Source of the DNA: Alkalilimnicola ehrlichii MLHE-1
GTDB taxonomy: Bacteria > Pseudomonadota > Gammaproteobacteria > Nitrococcales > Halorhodospiraceae
Assembly: GCF_000014785.1 (NCBI RefSeq)
Contig: NC_008340.1
Coordinates: 3,120,001 to 3,152,000 of the forward strand
Length of the DNA stretch: 32,000 nucleotides
Direction of reading: 5' to 3'
Shown here: in pieces, positions 1-9,083 of the stretch
Position numbering within the stretch: the stretch's first letter is position 1
Layout of the letters: every line of letters starts with the position of its first letter
Notes under the pieces: model-generated
Seen by the model: only the letters and a program-made list of their open reading frames with translations
What the model was told of the DNA's origin: nothing
The model's database searches: none
Translations under genes and position numbers: made by a program

Positions 1-1
1 C

Positions 2-733
<732 letters not shown>

Positions 734-796
734 CCCCCGGCCACGGGGCAACGCTGCGGCGCCGGGGTGGATCGATGATGTCGCGCACCCCGGTGG

Positions 797-1585
797 TCAG
801 GGCCCTGCCTGTGTCGCGGCCGCCCGCACCAGGGCGCGGAAAAGGGCGCGCTGCTCGCGCCGCTGTGGGAGGTACTCCGGGTGCCACTGGACACCCAACA
901 ATAGGGCACCGCCGTCGCCCTCCACCGCCTGCACCACGCCGGTCCGCTCCCAGGCCGCCGCCTTCAGGCCCTCACCCAGTTCGGCGATGGCCTGACGGTG
1001 GAGGGAGTTTACCCGCGTATGGGGCCCCAGCCAGCGATAGAGCTGGGCGTCGCGCCGCACCGTCACCCGCTTATAGGGCCAAATGCTGTGTACCTGCGGG
1101 CTCTCCTGATAGAAGCTGCTCAGATCCTGGTGCAGGGAGCCGCCCATATAGACATTGAGCAACTGTGCACCGCGACAGATGCCCAGCACCGGCACATCGC
1201 GGGCCAGTGCGTCCGCCAGCAGGCGCCACTCCACCCCGTCGCGACCGCGATCCCCCCGCGGCCCCGGGCTGATGCTGAGCAGCCAGCGCAACAGATAAAG
1301 CACCGGCAGCAAGAGCCAGGAGAGCAGAAACCGCCACCACACCGTCCTGCCCCGGCGCAACTCCCCGGGCTCCACCCGCTCCTCGCCATAGAGGCCCGGA
1401 TCGACATCCGCACCACCGCCCAGGATCAAGCCGTCCAGGGGCCGCGGCGGCGCCGGGCGGGCCGGGGTGATCCGGCAGGGCCGGCCACCGGCCAGCCACA
1501 CCGCCACGGCGGTCATCAGCCAGGCCGCCGCCCCGCCGCGGTCCGGCCCGGTGACGCCAATCAGCGGTCGAGTCGGGCGAGGCAT
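797..1585 (-). CDS. Class I glutamine amidotransferase-like thiol peptidase (peptidase C26 / PuuD-like) with a hydrophobic insertion
   Basis: It has the nucleophile motif VLGICRGAQLLN and the His/Glu motif GVQWHPEY typical of class I GATase / gamma-glutamyl hydrolases. ATG 1585 is chosen as start (MPRPTRPLIGVTG...). An upstream GTG at 1639 is also in frame, so the start is uncertain. It overlaps the stop of the upstream amidoligase gene by 25 nt. Confidence 0.8.
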   Translation of the reverse strand: MPRPTRPLIGVTGPDRGGAAAWLMTAVAVWLAGGRPCRITPARPAPPRPLDGLILGGGADVDPGLYGEERVEPGELRRGRTVWWRFLLSWLLLPVLYLLRWLLSISPGPRGDRGRDGVEWRLLADALARDVPVLGICRGAQLLNVYMGGSLHQDLSSFYQESPQVHSIWPYKRVTVRRDAQLYRWLGPHTRVNSLHRQAIAELGEGLKAAAWERTGVVQAVEGDGGALLLGVQWHPEYLPQRREQRALFRALVRAAATQAGP

Positions 1586-2631
1586 TGGTCCACGTGCTGT
1601 ATCCAGCGATGCTCGGTGAGGCTGAATCCGCGTGCCCACCAGTCGGCCATCAGTTGCCCCAACCGCTGCGGGTCATCCGCCAGCCGCTCCACCATCAGCC
1701 AGTCGCGCCACGGCCGGGCGATACGCCAGTCGGGGTCGTCCACCAGACAGTTGGGCAGGCGATAGTGCCAAGTGGGTCGTGCCTGGGTGAGTGGGTCGTC
1801 CGGCAGCGCCCGGCGCACCCGGCCGGGGTCCACGTGGGCCAGCAGCGGCATCAGGTCCAGGCTGCGGTTACGGGTGGTATTGAAGGCCAGAAACTCGTCG
1901 ATGAAGGCACCGAGCCCGGGGCAATACCCGGGCTGGAGCAGCCGCCGGACGTACTCGGCGGGAAAGTCCTGGATGAACGGGGTGAGCCGGCGCACCGCGT
2001 CCGTATCGTCACGCCACTTCAGCCAGGGCAGCAGGAGCAGGTAGGTCTGGAGGGTGGCCCGGATGGTGTCCACCTCCAGCTCGGGCAACTCCGGATTGAG
2101 GTGCAGGCCGAATGCATAGACCAGGCCGGCCCGCGTGCCCTGGGCAAGCCGGCGGCGCAGGGCCTCACGCAGCGATTCGATCTGGCCGGCCTCGCCCACC
2201 GGCAACGGGGGCGAGACGACCTCCACCGGCACCACCGTGCTCGCCAGACGCAGCACCTGCTCGTCCAGACTGTCCAGGGTGCGATCATCGAGATTAAAGC
2301 CCATCTGGCTGAGCAGGGCACGGTAGCTGCGCTCCTTGAGCACCCGGGCATCCACCTCCACTTTAAAGGTGCCCCAGGCCGTACCGGCGACCCGTTTGAC
2401 GAAACGGCTGTCCGATTGAACCTCACCGCCAAAGGCCTCCTGGATGGCGGCGGCGGCGCCCTCCGGGCTCAGGCCGGCAAACTCCAGCTCGAAACCGACC
2501 CGACGTGGCCGGCCGTCCGCCCGCAGCGGGCGGGCCGGTTGCGGGAAGCCGGGCGGTTCGGCGGCGGATGGCTGTGACTCGGACAATCGCACTCTCCAGT
2601 TGCGGCCCCTGCCCAGGCCGGACCGCGGCAA
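1561..2631 (-). CDS. Putative amidoligase (glutamine-synthetase-like COOH-NH2 ligase, Amidoligase_2-type family)
   Basis: The 356-aa ORF has RVGFELEF near the N-terminus, VPVEVVSPPL, and FGLHLNPE. This resembles the motif order I remember for the Amidoligase_2 family. It sits immediately upstream of a GATase-like peptidase, the neighbourhood described for this family in proteobacteria. The start is uncertain: TTG 2631, GTG 2592, or TTG 2586 with GGAGAG 6 nt upstream. The family call is from memory, not a search. Confidence 0.6.
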   Translation of the reverse strand: MPRSGLGRGRNWRVRLSESQPSAAEPPGFPQPARPLRADGRPRRVGFELEFAGLSPEGAAAAIQEAFGGEVQSDSRFVKRVAGTAWGTFKVEVDARVLKERSYRALLSQMGFNLDDRTLDSLDEQVLRLASTVVPVEVVSPPLPVGEAGQIESLREALRRRLAQGTRAGLVYAFGLHLNPELPELEVDTIRATLQTYLLLLPWLKWRDDTDAVRRLTPFIQDFPAEYVRRLLQPGYCPGLGAFIDEFLAFNTTRNRSLDLMPLLAHVDPGRVRRALPDDPLTQARPTWHYRLPNCLVDDPDWRIARPWRDWLMVERLADDPQRLGQLMADWWARGFSLTEHRWIQHVDQCLARLDR

Positions 2632-2664
2632 ACAGGGTCTATACTACTCTCAGTGTTGCGGGGC

Positions 2665-2693
2665 TTGTCTAGGAGACGGGCGGGCATTATGAT
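2665..2693 (+). promoter_or_regulatory. Candidate sigma70 promoter for rpmE2 (TTGTCT-17 nt-TATGAT)
   Basis: TTGTCT at 2665-2670, a 17-nt spacer, then TATGAT at 2688-2693, about 65 nt upstream of the rpmE2 ATG. Sequence match only. Confidence 0.3.
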
Positions 2694-2759
2694 AGCCGCC
2701 TTTCAAGCTCAGCCATTCTCCGGGACGTCGTGCCCGGTCCCGTGACCCAGGTGGCAACC

Positions 2760-3014
2760 ATGAAGCAAGGCATTCATCCCAAATACCGCGAGGTGGTGTT
2801 TCAGGACATCTCCTCCGATTTCGCGTTCATCACCCGCTCCACGGTCCGTACCAACGAGACCATCCAGTGGGAGGACGGCAAGGAGTATCCGCTGTTTAAG
2901 GTGGAAGTCTCCAGCAAGAGCCACCCTTTCTACACCGGCAAGCAGCGCGCGCTGAGCTCCGGTGGCCGGGTGGATCAGTTCCAGAAGAAGTTCGGCATCA
3001 GCACCGGCAACTGA
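2760..3014 (+). CDS. rpmE2: 50S ribosomal protein L31, type B (zinc-independent paralogue)
   Basis: [16 protein letters not shown]...[16 protein letters not shown] closely resembles E. coli YkgM-type L31 and lacks the CxxC zinc motif. ATG 2760 is chosen. The ORF-track start at 2730 adds 10 non-conserved residues. Confidence 0.92.
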   Translation: MKQGIHPKYREVVFQDISSDFAFITRSTVRTNETIQWEDGKEYPLFKVEVSSKSHPFYTGKQRALSSGGRVDQFQKKFGISTGN

Positions 3015-3043
3015 GGGCGGGCTTGTCTCGTCCCTGTCGCTCC

Positions 3044-3071
3044 AAAGCGCCTGCACCCCGGGCGCTTTTTT
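3044..3071 (+). terminator. Rho-independent terminator after rpmE2
   Basis: AAAGCGCC (3044-3051) pairs with GGCGCTTT (3061-3068) across a 9-nt loop, followed by a T6 run at 3066-3071. Confidence 0.7.
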
Positions 3072-3073
3072 GT

Positions 3074-3349
3074 ATCTCACTGCAAAACAGCGAGATATCT
3101 ATTATAAAAAGCGGTTAACCACCGCATAGATATCCCGGGGGCCCTCCCCCGGGTCGCCCGACGCCACGCACCATGGAGGCGGGCGAGGGGCCCATCCACG
3201 TCGGGGTATGGGCCCCAGAGGAACGGATTGCTGATGACAAGGGTTTTTTTTGCAATACCCTTTCAGTAACTCCCGGACCGTGACCGGCCTGAATGTCTTG
3301 CCCCAAGACCGGCTTAGGGGGCAGGACCGGCGCCCGCGGGCGCGCCGGC
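3074..3349. other. Cluster of consecutive perfect or near-perfect hairpins in the rpmE2-gltA intergenic region
   Basis: ATCTCACTG/CAGCGAGAT at 3074-3096. ATATCTAT (3095-3102) pairs with ATAGATAT (3126-3133), with a nested GCGGT/ACCGC. CCCGGGGG-CCCT-CCCCCGGG at 3134-3153. GGGGCCCAT (3187-3195) pairs with ATGGGCCCC (3208-3216). There is a T8 run at about 3244-3251 and a near-palindrome CCGGCGCCCGCGGGCGCGCCGG at about 3328-3349. Confidence 0.5.
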
Positions 3350-3386
3350 ATCACGGTATTTCGAGAGCTGTCTAGGAGAGCGTTCC

Positions 3387-4685
3387 ATGTCCGAGAAGAC
3401 CGTCACCCTGACCGACAACAGCACCGGCAAATCCGTGGAGTTGCCGGTCTATCAAGGCACCCACGGCCCCGAGGTCATCGACATCAAGAATGTCTATGGC
3501 GAGCTGGGCTACTTCACTTACGACGCTGGCTTCACCTCCACCGCCAGCTGCAAAAGCGATGTCACCTTCATCGATGGTGACAACGGCGTGCTGCTGTATC
3601 GCGGCTACCCCATCGAACACCTGGCTGAGAAGAGCTCCTTCCTGGAGGTCTCCTACCTACTGCTGCACGGCGAATTGCCGAACAAGGCCGAACTGGACCA
3701 GTTCGTCAGCTCGGTGACCAACCACACCATGCTCAACGAAAGCCTGAAGGACTTCTTCGACGGCTTTCATTACAACGCCCACCCCATGGCCATGCTCACC
3801 GGGGTGGTCGGGTCGCTATCCGCCTTCTACCACGGCGAACTGGACATCAACGACCCGAAGAACCGGGAGCTGACCGCGCACCGGGTCATCGCCAAGATGC
3901 CGACCATCGCCGCGGCGGCCTACAAACACCTGGTGGGCGAGCCCTTCGTCTACCCGCAGAACCACCTGTCCTACGCGGGGAACCTGCTGAACATGCTGTT
4001 CTCCCGCCCCACCGAGAAGTACGAGGTTAACCCCGTGGCCGAGCGGGCGCTGGACCAGCTCCTGATCCTGCACGCTGACCACGAGCAGAACGCCTCCACC
4101 TCCACGGTGCGCCTGGCCGGTTCCACCGGCACCAACCCCTTCGCCGCCATCGCAGCTGGTTGCGCCGCGCTGTGGGGACCGGCGCATGGGGGGGCCAACG
4201 AGGCGGTGCTGAACATGCTCAACGAGATCGGCGACGTCTCCAACGTGCCCAAGTTCATCGAAAAGGCGAAGGACAAGAACGACCCCTTCCGCCTGATGGG
4301 CTTCGGTCACCGGGTCTACAAGAACTTCGACCCGCGGGCCACCATCATCCGCAAGACCTGTCACGAGGTCCTGGAGGAACTCGGCGTGGGCAAGGACCCG
4401 CAGCTGGAGCTGGCCATGGAGCTGGAGGATATCGCCCTGCAGGACGAGTACTTCGTCGAGCGCAAGCTCTACCCGAACGTCGACTTCTACTCGGGCATCA
4501 TCTACCGCGCGCTGGGCATCCCCACCGAGTTCTTCACGGTGCTGTTTGCCCTGGGCCGCACCCCGGGCTGGCTGGCGCAGTGGATGGAGATGGTCAACGA
4601 CCCCGAGCAGCGCATCGGGCGTCCGCGCCAGCTCTACACCGGCGCCGCCAAGCGCGACTACGTGCCGGTGGATCAGCGCAGCTGA
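3387..4685 (+). CDS. gltA: Type II citrate synthase
   Basis: 432 aa with full-length resemblance to hexameric Gram-negative GltA: N-terminus [20 protein letters not shown], catalytic regions [11 protein letters not shown] and [13 protein letters not shown], and DFYSG. An SD-like AGGAGAG lies upstream. Confidence 0.97.
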   Translation: MSEKTVTLTDNSTGKSVELPVYQGTHGPEVIDIKNVYGELGYFTYDAGFTSTASCKSDVTFIDGDNGVLLYRGYPIEHLAEKSSFLEVSYLLLHGELPNKAELDQFVSSVTNHTMLNESLKDFFDGFHYNAHPMAMLTGVVGSLSAFYHGELDINDPKNRELTAHRVIAKMPTIAAAAYKHLVGEPFVYPQNHLSYAGNLLNMLFSRPTEKYEVNPVAERALDQLLILHADHEQNASTSTVRLAGSTGTNPFAAIAAGCAALWGPAHGGANEAVLNMLNEIGDVSNVPKFIEKAKDKNDPFRLMGFGHRVYKNFDPRATIIRKTCHEVLEELGVGKDPQLELAMELEDIALQDEYFVERKLYPNVDFYSGIIYRALGIPTEFFTVLFALGRTPGWLAQWMEMVNDPEQRIGRPRQLYTGAAKRDYVPVDQRS

Positions 4686-4716
4686 TTCCCCTGCCGGCAC
4701 CGCCGACGCCCTCACC

Positions 4717-4750
4717 CCGGAAGGCCCCCACGGGCCTTCCGGTTTTTTTT
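4717..4750 (+). terminator. Rho-independent terminator after gltA, between convergent genes
   Basis: CCGGAAGGCCC (4717-4727), loop CCAC, GGGCCTTCCGG (4732-4742), then T8 (4743-4750). The U-tract exists only for the + transcript. The hairpin alone would face the convergent minus-strand gene ending at 4757. Confidence 0.85.
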
Positions 4751-4756
4751 GCCCGC

Positions 4757-5401
4757 TCAGGGTAGGAAGGGCTCGGCAGCCCGGTCCTCATCCTCGTTGG
4801 CCAGCAGCGCCTCCACCTCCGCCAGCGCCGCCCGCTGCATGGGGCGGCCGTCAACCTGGCTGCGGGGCGCCTCACGCAATCCCTTGGGGCTGAATACGGT
4901 CAAATCCACCACATGCTCTCCCGCCACGAAGCGGATCACGGGACGCATCTCCCAGTGCTCCCGCCCGAAGCGCAGGCGCCGCTCGCTGGTCTCGTGTGGG
5001 ATCCCGCGCTCCATCAGAAACAGGGTGATCTCCTCCGGCGTCTCGGCGAAGACATGCAGGTGCACGTCGCAGGCCTGATCCGCCGTACCGCTGAGCACCG
5101 GCCCCACCAACCGGGGCCGGAAGGGCTCGAAGAAGGCCATGGCCTGCACGGCGGCCTCGCGCAACAGCCGCAGGTAAGCCCCCTGCTCGGCCCCCAGAAA
5201 CAGCCGCTGGTATTCCACCAGCGCCGCCTGCACCTCCCGATTGCTGGGCAGGTTGCGCGTGTCCCGGGCCCCCAGGCGCTCGGCGGCCTTGCGCTTGGCC
5301 TGGTAGTGGTCCCGCACACCCTCATCGGCCATGATGCGGGCCGCCTCCTGGATCAGGCGCTCGCGCATGCGCAGGTCCTTGGTGCTGGATCGCTTGGCCA
5401 T
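4757..5401 (-). CDS. Conserved hypothetical protein, possibly a degenerate pol-beta-type nucleotidyltransferase fold
   Basis: The ATG at 5401 is preceded by GGAGG with 5-nt spacing, only 29 nt downstream of the mrcA stop on the same strand. The GPVLSGTADQACDVHLHVF segment loosely resembles the G[ST]...DxD nucleotidyltransferase motif, with DVH replacing DxD. I recognise no confident family. Confidence 0.6.
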   Translation of the reverse strand: MAKRSSTKDLRMRERLIQEAARIMADEGVRDHYQAKRKAAERLGARDTRNLPSNREVQAALVEYQRLFLGAEQGAYLRLLREAAVQAMAFFEPFRPRLVGPVLSGTADQACDVHLHVFAETPEEITLFLMERGIPHETSERRLRFGREHWEMRPVIRFVAGEHVVDLTVFSPKGLREAPRSQVDGRPMQRAALAEVEALLANEDEDRAAEPFLP

Positions 5402-5430
5402 GGCCACCTCCCGGGGGCTGACGCCCCTGC

Positions 5431-7833
5431 CTAGAAGATATCCTGCTCCCGACTCCCGGCCCCGCTGCCGCCACCCCGAGGCGTAACGTCCGGCAGGTTG
5501 TCCTCGCGGAACAGCTCGAACATGCTCCGACCCTCGCCGGCACGCACCCGGCGGCCGTCCTCGGGGTCGATGCGTACGGTAACCAGGCCCTCGGGCTGGC
5601 GCGGCGGCGCCTCGGGAACACCGTTGAGGGCCTGCTCCATAAAGTCGGTCCAGATGGGCAGCGCGGTGGAACCGCCGGTCTCCCGCGGTCCCAGCTGATC
5701 GTTATTATCGAAGCCGACCCAGGCACCGGCGACAATCCGGCTGTTATAGCCCACGAACCAGGCATCGCGGCCATCGTTGGTGGTTCCCGTCTTCCCGGCC
5801 AGGTCACTGCGCCCCAGCCGGGCCGCCGCCCGTCCCGTTCCGCGCTGGATGACATCCTGCATGATGTTGGTCATGAGAAAGGCGTCCGTGGCCGGCATCA
5901 CCGACTCGGCCACCGGCCGCAGGTTCACCCCACCGGTCTCCTCCTGCAGGTCGGTCTGCACCTGCAACTGACTGCACTCCACACAGGCCACCGGCGGCCG
6001 CGCCTGAAACAACACCTCGCCTTCGGCGCTCTCCACCCGATCGATGAAATGGGGCATGACCCGGAAGCCACCATTGGCAAACAGGGCGTAACCGGCGGTC
6101 AGATCCAGGGGCGTCATCTCGGCACTGCCCAACGCCAGCGACAGACCACTGGGCATCCGACGGGTGTCGAAGCCCAACGCGTCCAGGTACCCCAGGGTGT
6201 CCTCGATGCCCAGATTGCGCAGCAGCCGAATGGAGGCCAGATTGCGCGAGTGCACCAGGGCCTCGCGCAGGCGCGTCGGACCGTAGACACGCCCGCTGTA
6301 ATTACTCGGCCGCCAACTGGTCTCCAAGGATTCGTCGTGCATGACGATCGGGGTGTCGCTCAACATGCTAGCCGGCGAATACCCCTTGGCCAGCGCTGCG
6401 GAGTAGATGAAGGGCTTGAAGGCCGAGCCTGGCTGGCGCCGGGATTGCACCGCCCGGTTGAAGGAGCTGCGGAAGTAGTCAAACCCGCCAGAGAGCGCCA
6501 GCAGGGCGCCATTCTCCGGGTCCATGGCCACCAGCGCCCCCTCCACCGCCGGCACCGCGGCCAGTTGCGGCACCTCGGCGGCTCGATCGACGCGGATGAT
6601 ATCGCCCACGGAGAGCACGTCGGAGACCTTCTCCGGCGCCGGCCCGCGAGCGGTGCGCCGGAGGTAGGGGCGGGCCCACGCCATCGCCTCGAACGGCAGT
6701 TCCATCTCACCGTGGCGACGCACCCAGACCCGGGCGCGTTGGGCGTCATCGTCCACGGCCAGCACCAGGGCCGCCTCGAGCCCCCCGAAACGGGGGTAAT
6801 CCGCCAGCAGCGCCTCCCAGTCCTCGGACGCCTCATCCCCGGTCAAGGCCACCTGGGCCTCGGGGCCGCGATAGCCGCGCCGGTGGTCGTAGGCCCGCAG
6901 GCCATCGCGCAGGGCCTGATCCGCCGCCCGCTGCATGCGGCCATCGATGGTGGTCCGCACCACGTAGCCACCGCTGTAGGCCTCGTCCTCGCCATACTGG
7001 GCCACCATGGTCTGGCGCACCATCTCGGCCACGTAGGGCGCCGAGACCTCGACCGACGAGGCGTGGACCTGCGCCGTGAGTGGCGCATCCACCGCCTCGG
7101 CATGCTGCTCGGCGGTGATGTAGCCCTCGGCCAGCATGCGGCCGAGCACGTACGCCCGACGGATCTCGGCCCGGCGGGGGTTGGCGATCGGGTTGTACGC
7201 CGACGGCGCCTTGGGGAGCCCCGCGATCATGGCGATCTGGGCCAGGTCCAGGTCGTCCACCCCCTTGCCGTAGTAGATCTGGGCGGCTGCGCCCACCCCG
7301 TAGGCACGCTGGCCCAGGTAAATCTTGTTGAGGTACAGCTCCAGGATCTCCTGTTTACTGAGCGCACGCTCGATCTGCAGCGCCAGCAGGATCTCCTGCG
7401 CCTTGCGGTGGAAGGTCTGGTCCCGGGTAAGGAAAAAGTTCCGCGCCAATTGCATGGTAATGGTGCTGCCACCCGGCCCCTTTTCCCCGGTGAGCAGGAG
7501 GTGGCGAACGGCGCGGGCGATCCCCTGGTAGTCGACCCCGGGGTGGTCGAAGAAACGGTCATCCTCCGCGGCCAGGAAGGCCTGCACCAGCTGCGGTGGC
7601 AAGGCGTCCGCCTCCAGCGGGATCCGGCGCTGCTCACCATACTCGGCGATCAGCGCGCCCTCCCGGGTCACCACCCGCAACGGCACCTGCAGACGCACGT
7701 CGCGCAGGGTATCCACCGAGGGCAGGCCCGGAGAGAGGATGGCAAAGGCCACCGCCGCCGCGATCAGACCCACCAGACCGAGGGACAGCAGGCTGGCGAA
7801 CAGCCAGAGGAGGAGTCGAGAGAATAGCCGCAT
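5431..7833 (-). CDS. mrcA: Penicillin-binding protein 1A (bifunctional transglycosylase/transpeptidase)
   Basis: 800 aa with an N-terminal membrane anchor. Glycosyltransferase motifs: EDDRFFDHPGVD and RKAQEILLALQIE. Transpeptidase motifs: SAFKP (SxxK), SRN and KTGTT. It is divergent from pilM, as in Pseudomonas ponA. Confidence 0.95.
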   Translation of the reverse strand: MRLFSRLLLWLFASLLSLGLVGLIAAAVAFAILSPGLPSVDTLRDVRLQVPLRVVTREGALIAEYGEQRRIPLEADALPPQLVQAFLAAEDDRFFDHPGVDYQGIARAVRHLLLTGEKGPGGSTITMQLARNFFLTRDQTFHRKAQEILLALQIERALSKQEILELYLNKIYLGQRAYGVGAAAQIYYGKGVDDLDLAQIAMIAGLPKAPSAYNPIANPRRAEIRRAYVLGRMLAEGYITAEQHAEAVDAPLTAQVHASSVEVSAPYVAEMVRQTMVAQYGEDEAYSGGYVVRTTIDGRMQRAADQALRDGLRAYDHRRGYRGPEAQVALTGDEASEDWEALLADYPRFGGLEAALVLAVDDDAQRARVWVRRHGEMELPFEAMAWARPYLRRTARGPAPEKVSDVLSVGDIIRVDRAAEVPQLAAVPAVEGALVAMDPENGALLALSGGFDYFRSSFNRAVQSRRQPGSAFKPFIYSAALAKGYSPASMLSDTPIVMHDESLETSWRPSNYSGRVYGPTRLREALVHSRNLASIRLLRNLGIEDTLGYLDALGFDTRRMPSGLSLALGSAEMTPLDLTAGYALFANGGFRVMPHFIDRVESAEGEVLFQARPPVACVECSQLQVQTDLQEETGGVNLRPVAESVMPATDAFLMTNIMQDVIQRGTGRAAARLGRSDLAGKTGTTNDGRDAWFVGYNSRIVAGAWVGFDNNDQLGPRETGGSTALPIWTDFMEQALNGVPEAPPRQPEGLVTVRIDPEDGRRVRAGEGRSMFELFREDNLPDVTPRGGGSGAGSREQDIF

Positions 7834-8015
7834 ATGAAATCGTAAGAGCGCGCTTGGAGTGGGGCACCAGAACTAGAGTATATCAGGACAGCGTCCAGTC
7901 CCCCGGGTTCCGTATAAAGTGGCAAAGAGTTCCTTGCAATCCTCGATAGTTACAGGGAGTATTAACACTAGGACTGGAACCTTTGTACTCTTGGGGCGAC
8001 GATAGGGACGGGGCT

Positions 8016-9083
8016 GTGCAGATCTTCAGGAAGAAACGGCCGCCGCTGCTGGGGATCGACATCAGCACCACGGCTGTGAAACTGCTCGAATTCCACGAGC
8101 AGCGGGGCGGGGGCCTGCAGGTGGAGAGCTACGCGGTGGAGCCGTTACCGGCCAATGCCGTGATCGAGAAGAACATCGTCGAGGTGGATGCCGTCTCCGA
8201 CAGCATCAAGGCCGCCTACGAGAAATCCGGCAGCCGCGCCAGGGGTGTCGCCCTGGCGGTGCCCGCCTCGGCCGCCATCAGCAAGGTCATCAACTTGGCC
8301 GCCGATCTCAACGAAGAGGAGATGGAGGCGCAGATCCGCGCCCAGGCGGATCAATACGTCCCCTACCCACTGGACGAGGTCAACCTCGACTTTCAGCGCC
8401 TGGGGCCGGCCCCGGGGCGGCCGGACGAGGTGCAGGTCCTGCTGGTGGCCTGCCGCAGCGATAACATCGAGGCGCGGGTGGACACCCTGGACGCAGCCGG
8501 GCTCACGGCCGAGGTGGTCGACGTGGAGAGTTACGCCGTCGAGAACGCCTTCCGGCTGATGTCGCGCGCCCTGCCGGACAACGCCGAAGGCAAGACGGTG
8601 GCGGTGGTGGATATCGGCGCGACCATGACCGCACTGACTGTGATCTCCAACGAACGAATCGTCTACACCCGCGAACAGCTCTTCGGCGGGCGCCAGCTCA
8701 CCGAGGAGATCATGCGCCGCTACGACATGACCTTCGAGCAGGCCGGAAAGGCCAAACGACTGGGCGGGCTGCCGGACAGCTACGAGACGGAGGTGCTGGA
8801 GCCCTTCAAGGAGGCCATGGCGCAGCAGGTCTCCCGAGCGCTGCAGTTCTTCTTCGGCTCGGGACAGACCAGCACGGTGGACTACGTGCTCTTCGCCGGC
8901 GGCTGCGCCACCATCCCCGGGGCCGCGCAGGTGGTGGCCGAGCACACCGGCACCCCCACCGTGATCGCCAACCCCTTCACCGGTATGACGGTCAACCGCC
9001 GCATCAATCCAAGGGTGCTGGCCGCCGATGCACCGGCGCTGATGATCGCCAGCGGGCTGGCCATGAGGAGCTTCGACCGATGA
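8016..9083 (+). CDS. pilM: Type IV pilus assembly protein PilM (actin-like ATPase fold)
   Basis: FRKKRPPLLGIDISTTAVKLLEF is a typical PilM N-terminus. GTG 8016 is preferred because a purine-rich AGGGACGGGG lies just upstream; TTG 7983 is the alternative. The stop overlaps the pilN start (ATGA at 9080-9083). Confidence 0.92.
   Translation: MQIFRKKRPPLLGIDISTTAVKLLEFHEQRGGGLQVESYAVEPLPANAVIEKNIVEVDAVSDSIKAAYEKSGSRARGVALAVPASAAISKVINLAADLNEEEMEAQIRAQADQYVPYPLDEVNLDFQRLGPAPGRPDEVQVLLVACRSDNIEARVDTLDAAGLTAEVVDVESYAVENAFRLMSRALPDNAEGKTVAVVDIGATMTALTVISNERIVYTREQLFGGRQLTEEIMRRYDMTFEQAGKAKRLGGLPDSYETEVLEPFKEAMAQQVSRALQFFFGSGQTSTVDYVLFAGGCATIPGAAQVVAEHTGTPTVIANPFTGMTVNRRINPRVLAADAPALMIASGLAMRSFDR

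Noticed and set aside
734-796. CCCCGGC...GCCGGGG inverted repeat between the convergent uvrA and peptidase genes, considered as a terminator.
   Set aside because: It has a 7-bp stem with a ~19-nt loop and no flanking T/A tracts, which is too weak to call.
3115-3354. A 79-aa minus-strand ORF in the rpmE2-gltA spacer.
   Set aside because: It has no SD and a Pro/Gly/Arg-rich composition. It spans the hairpin cluster, with no recognisable motif, and is most likely non-coding.
7920-7938. Sigma54-like TGGCA...TTGCA in the mrcA-pilM divergent region.
   Set aside because: The GG and GC dinucleotides are 15 nt apart instead of the required 12 (TGGCAC-N5-TTGC), so it does not fit the -24/-12 geometry.
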